Source: Macrostomum lignano
Lineage: Eukaryota
NCBI GenBank assembly: GCA_002269645.1
Contig: NIVC01000735.1
Span: 124,001 to 188,000 of the forward strand
Direction of reading: 5' to 3'
Length of the DNA stretch: 64,000 nucleotides
Translations under genes and position numbers: made by a program
In this document: positions 59,401 through 64,000 of the stretch, one piece after another
How positions within the stretch are numbered: the first letter of the stretch is position 1
Layout of the letters: each line of letters begins with the position of its first letter
The notes under the pieces: generated by a model
Told to the model about the DNA's origin: nothing
Database searches by the model: none
What the model saw: only the letters and a program-made list of their open reading frames with translations

Positions 59401-62400
59401 GCAGCTCTCACTGCAGGCATTGGGATGAGGCTAGCAGCTCTCACTGCAGGCATTGGGGTGAGGCTAGCAGCTCTCACTGCAGGCATTGGGGTGAGGCTAG
59501 CAGCTCTCACTGCAGGCATTGGGGTGAGGCTAGCAGCTCTCACTGCGGGAATTGTGAGGCTAGCAGCTCTCACTGCGGGAATTGTGAGGCTAGCAGCTCT
59601 CACTGCGGGAATTGTGAGGCCAGCAGCTCTCACTGCGGGAATTGTGAGGCCAGCAGCTCTCACTGCGGGAATTGTGAGGCTAGCAGCTCTCACTGCGGGA
59701 ATTGTGAGGCTAGCAGCTCTCACTGCGGGAATTGTGAGGCCAGCAGCTCTCACTGCGGGAATTGTGAGGCCAGCAGCTCTCACTGCGGGAATTGTGAGGC
59801 TAGCAGCTCTCACTGCGGGAATTGTGAGGCTAGCAGCTCTCACTGCGGGAATTGTGAGGCCAGCAGCTCTCACTGCGGGAATTGTGAGGCCAGCAGCTCT
59901 CACTGCGGGAATTGTGAGGCTAGCAGCTCTCACTGCAGGCATTGGGATGAGGCTAGCAGCTCTCACTGCAGGCATTGGGGTGAGGCTAGCAGCTCTCACT
60001 GCAGGCATTGGGGTGAGGCTAGCAGCTCTCACTGCAGGCATTGGGGTGAGGCTAGCAGCTCTCACTGCAGGCATTGGGGTGAGGCTAGCAGCTCTCACTG
60101 CAGGCATTGGGGTGAGGCTAGCAGCTCTCACTGCGGGAATTGTGAGGCTAGCAGCTCTCACTGCAGGCATTGGGATGAGGCTAGCAGCTCTCACTGCAGG
60201 CATTGGGGTGAGGCTAGCAGCTCTCACTGCAGGCATTGGGGTGAGGCTAGCAGCTCTCACTGCAGGCATTGGGGTGAGGCTAGCAGCTCTCACTGCAGGC
60301 ATTGGGGTGAGGCTAGCAGCTCTCGCTGCGGGAATTGTGAGGCTAGCAGCTCTCACTGCAGGCATTGGGATGAGGCTAGCAGCTCTCACTGCAGGCATTG
60401 GGATGAGGCTAGCAGCTCTCACTGCAGGCATTGGGGTGAGGCTAGCAGCTCTCACTGCAGGCATTGGGGTGAGGCTAGCAGCTCTCACTGCAGGCATTGG
60501 GGTGAGGCTAGCAGCTCTCACTGCGGGAATTGTGAGGCTAGCAGCTCTCACTGCGGGAATTGTGAGGCTAGCAGCTCTCACTGCGGGAATTGTGAGGCCA
60601 GCAGCTCTCACTGCGGGAATTGTGAGGCCAGCAGCTCTCACTGCGGGAATTGTGAGGCTAGCAGCTCTCACTGCGGGAATTGTGAGGCTAGCAGCTCTCA
60701 CTGCGGGAATTGTGAGGCTAGCAGCTCTCACTGCGGGAATTGTGAGGCTAGCAGCTCTCACTGCGGGAATTGTGAGGCTAGCAGCTCTCACTGCGGGAAT
60801 TGTGAGGCTAGCAGCTCTCACTGCGGGAATTGTGAGGCTAGCAGCTCTCACTGCGGGAATTGTGAGGCCAGCAGCTCTCACTGCGGGAATTGTGAGGCCA
60901 GCAGCTCTCACTGCGGGAATTGTGAGGCTAGCAGCTCTCACTGCAGGCATTGGGGTGAGGCTAGCAGCTCTCACTGCAGGCATTGGGGTGAGGCTAGCAG
61001 CTCTCGCTGCGGGAATTGTGAGGCTAGCAGCTCTCACTGCAGGCATTGGGATGAGGCTAGCAGCTCTCACTGCAGGCATTGGGATGAGGCTAGCAGCTCT
61101 CACTGCAGGCATTGGGGTGAGGCTAGCAGCTCTCACTGCAGGCATTGGGGTGAGGCTAGCAGCTCTCACTGCAGGCATTGGGGTGAGGCTAGCAGCTCTC
61201 ACTGCGGGAATTGTGAGGCTAGCAGCTCTCACTGCGGGAATTGTGAGGCCAGCAGCTCTCACTGCGGGAATTGTGAGGCCAGCAGCTCTCACTGCGGGAA
61301 TTGTGAGGCCAGCAGCTCTCACTGCGGGAATTGTGAGGCTAGCAGCTCTCACTGCGGGAATTGTGAGGCTAGCAGCTCTCACTGCGGGAATTGTGAGGCT
61401 AGCAGCTCTCACTGCGGGAATTGTGAGGCTAGCAGCTCTCACTGCGGGAATTGTGAGGCTAGCAGCTCTCACTGCGGGAATTGTGAGGCTAGCAGCTCTC
61501 ACTGCGGGAATTGTGAGGCTAGCAGCTCTCACTGCGGGAATTGTGAGGCTAGCAGCTCTCACTGCGGGAATTGTGAGGCTAGCAGCTCTCACTGCGGGAA
61601 TTGTGAGGCTAGCAGCTCTCACTGCGGGAATTGTGAGGCTAGCAGCTCTCACTGCGGGAATTGTGAGGCTAGCAGCTCTCACTGCGGGAATTGTGAGGCT
61701 AGCAGCTCTCACTGCGGGAATTGTGAGGCTAGCAGCTCTCACTGCGGGAATTGTGAGGCTAGCAGCTCTCACTGCGGGAATTGTGGGATTGCGCGATTAT
61801 TCTTCTAACCATTACCGTTATTACTTTTTTATTAAGTTGCTTTAGCTAGCATAAACTGTAGCGGTGTTCTGTTTGCCTTCGTTTAATGCTTCATCATGAA
61901 GATGCAGGCGCCGCTGCCTAAGACTGCCTTTGGGCAGTTCTGCAGAACCCCTTGCACTTTAGCATATGCTGTGCCAAGTTTAATTTGTTCTTTTGCTCTT
62001 CTCTGCTGCCTTCTTTCTCTCTGCTCTTTGCTCCATTTAAAAGTACATTCTCAATTTCAATGACCATTCAAAAGTATTTCTATTGTTGTATTGCAATAAT
62101 TGCTTCTTAAGTATGCGATGCGCCTGATGACTGGAGATGCGGTAAGCTGCTGATTCGGCACGTCAAAAATTCAATCAATATTCCAATATAGTTTTTTATC
62201 ATTCAATTAGCCGTAGACCCAGCCTACTACTCTATCAGAGTGAGGCTCAGGCTCAGTAAACTGGCTTTATGGTGGCTGCTCACCGTGCTCAAATCCTCTG
62301 CGCTTTGCAGGCATCTGTCTGACGCCGCCAGGTAAATAAAAACTAGATGTGTATCCCTGCAAAATCCTCTAGCGGTTTTGGGAGCTGGGAGCGAAGGAAT

Positions 62401-63689
62401 TTTTTCTCCCACCCACCTGCCTTCATTACCTATTTATTAGAGCTGGCCAGGTGTGCCCGATGCTTTATGCTTTCTCTCAACTCCGAACTGGACATTGCAG
62501 GCGAGCCCTCTCTCTATTACTCAGTCCTTGGTCTTTTTTATGTGTATTTTTTATTTCTGTTGGGTTTTGGAAGTTGGAGTGCAGGATGTACTTTTTGTGT
62601 GCACCCGAGGCTTTTCTAGCAGAGTAGAGAGAGTGGCCTGAGCTCTCAACATTGAGAGTGACAGCTGAGTAGGTCAGACCCCGGGGCAGTCGCGGGATCA
62701 GCGCGGGAAGCAAGAGGCGGCCCCCCGTTTGTCCCGGAATGGGCGAACTCGTCACGTGATTTGAGAGCGGATTAACTGAGCAGGATAGGAGTGGTAGAAC
62801 CAGAGCAGCGGTTAAATTTGGCAGCCAGGTGAGTCACGGCTGGCCCCGCCCTGTGGCTCTCATTAATTAAAGAAATACGGACTTGTCCGACTTGTACACC
62901 AAGGACTCGGCCTCTTTTTTGCGCACCAAGTCAATGATTAGCTCTGAACACACAGCCTTAGCTGCACAATTCAGTTTTATTTTCATTTATTTGTGCACAT
63001 CTCCGCACATGCCTAAATATTTCATATTTATTCACAGCTACTGTATGCTTTATGGAAAACAAGACTTTTTTATTGTTCGAGGTTGCTGATGTCAAGCTGT
63101 TTTCCTTCGTCGATTACCAAGGACTTCTAAAGCTAGAATATGGATTGGACAGAAAGTTATTTGATCCAACATGCACTTTAATCTATTGTACTCAGTTTTA
63201 CAACTCTATCAGTTTTTTTCTGTTTTTATAAACGCATTGATTAAGGCTTCCATGATAATATTAGTTTTAATGTTATTTATCGATCGCTTATCTACTCTCT
63301 TATAATTTAGTGCAGATGTACTCTTGGTGCACTGTTGTGTGTTACTATCGGGGGGTTGGTAGCCGGAGGCAAAGCTGGTCAAAATGCTGTCAGAAAATGC
63401 AGCCAATTTCATCATTGAACGTCTCCATGAGCTGTTTGCATGCGTTCGCACTGCAGCCTTCACTGCGCCACTTATCTGCAATTTACTGTCTATTTTGATT
63501 CAGAAAGATTCTAAACATGATTAATATCCCCAATACCAGCCTAATCTTCATCGCCCGCGAATTCTTTCAGGCCTGGAGCCGGAGGGCAACACCGTGGGCG
63601 CGCCGGCCCGCTTCACCGTCGAGACATTCAGCGCCGGGCGCGGCTCCGTTGAGATCATCGTGCTGAATCCGCGCGGCCAGAAGGAACCG
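53401..63689 (+). CDS. FLN: Filamin, 5' part (CH1, CH2, start of Ig repeat 1); exons 53401-53761, 54527-54642, 58104-58488, 63571-63689; continues beyond the window
   Basis: [18 protein letters not shown]...[15 protein letters not shown]; [32 protein letters not shown]; PRQRLLGWI...[23 protein letters not shown]...[21 protein letters not shown]; RAYGPGLEPEGN..FTVET..AGRG. All are hallmark filamin motifs and the splice phases are consistent. Confidence 0.97.
57091..57624. mobile_element. ~534-bp PIF/Harbinger-type MITE in filamin intron 2
   Basis: Perfect 27-bp inverted repeat CCGTATGAATAAACTGAGCAAATGCTC (57093-57119) / GAGCATTTGCTCAGTTTATTCATACGG (57598-57624). The left end reads TTA+GGCCGT; the right terminal CC and TSD are missing. 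Confidence 0.75.
58544..61785 (+). repeat. 3.24-kb minisatellite of ~100 units (33-bp and 30-bp variants) in filamin intron 3
   Basis: GAGGCTAGCAGCTCTCACTGCAGGCATTGGGGT (33) and GAGGCTAGCAGCTCTCACTGCGGGAATTGT (30); explains the 1136-aa and 1241-aa ORFs. Confidence 0.98.
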
Positions 63690-63739
63690 GTAATGCTGAG
63701 GAGGGTTTGGGAGTTTAGCCATAGACTATCGAAAGCAAA

Positions 63740-64000
63740 ACCTAGGCGATTTCCTCGAAAATCTGAACGCTTTATAAGAATTAGCGCCTTCCATTAACTC
63801 ATAGACGCTTTCTAAGAAATGATTGGTCGTTTCTAAGAAACCGCAGGCGCTTTCTGGGGCACTTTCCTGGAAATCATAGGCGCTTTCTCAGAATCTATTG
63901 ATGCTTTCTAAGAAACCACATGCGCTTTCTGAAAAACCATAAGTGCTTTCAAAGACATCAAAGGCAACTTTCCAAGAAAGCATAGGTACTTCTTTGAGAA
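63740..64000 (+). repeat. Degenerate ~22-bp tandem repeat (GCGCTTTCTAAGAAA core)
   Basis: About 10 decayed copies of GCTTTCT(A)AGAA in filamin intron 4. Confidence 0.7.

Noticed and set aside
58047-61845. 1136-aa and 1241-aa ORFs as real proteins
   Set aside because: They derive from an intronic minisatellite; filamin exons splice in phase around it.

Overview
Eukaryotic (metazoan) genomic DNA with many short GT-AG introns, GC-rich exons and abundant micro/minisatellites. The style suggests a flatworm such as Macrostomum lignano (inference only, no search run). No CRISPR, rRNA or prokaryotic features. Main content, left to right: a decayed Ty3/gypsy gag fragment; a frameshifted secreted Cys-rich/lectin-like gene (- strand); a ~17 kb, ~33-exon polycystin-1-like gene (~4,500 aa by manual splicing) whose ectodomain strings together about six F5/8-type-C (discoidin) domains, two C-type lectin domains, a fibrinogen-related domain and an EGF/EB module ahead of PKD/REJ/GPS/PLAT/11-TM, with several 1-nt frameshifts; two ~99% identical inverted copies of a 10-finger C2H2/AT-hook gene ~19 kb apart; a quick-to-court-like coiled-coil/GRIP gene; a small secreted ALK/LTK-type glycine-rich-domain gene that appears truncated; a GTF3C2-like WD40 gene with a repeat-laden C-terminal extension; and the 5' part of filamin with a 3.2 kb intronic minisatellite. 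Mobile DNA includes LINE fragments (one with a 12-bp TSD), tRNA-derived SINEs (one with a CORE-like domain), an 879-bp hAT-type element with an 8-bp TSD, and other MITEs. All protein assignments come from motif recognition by eye.
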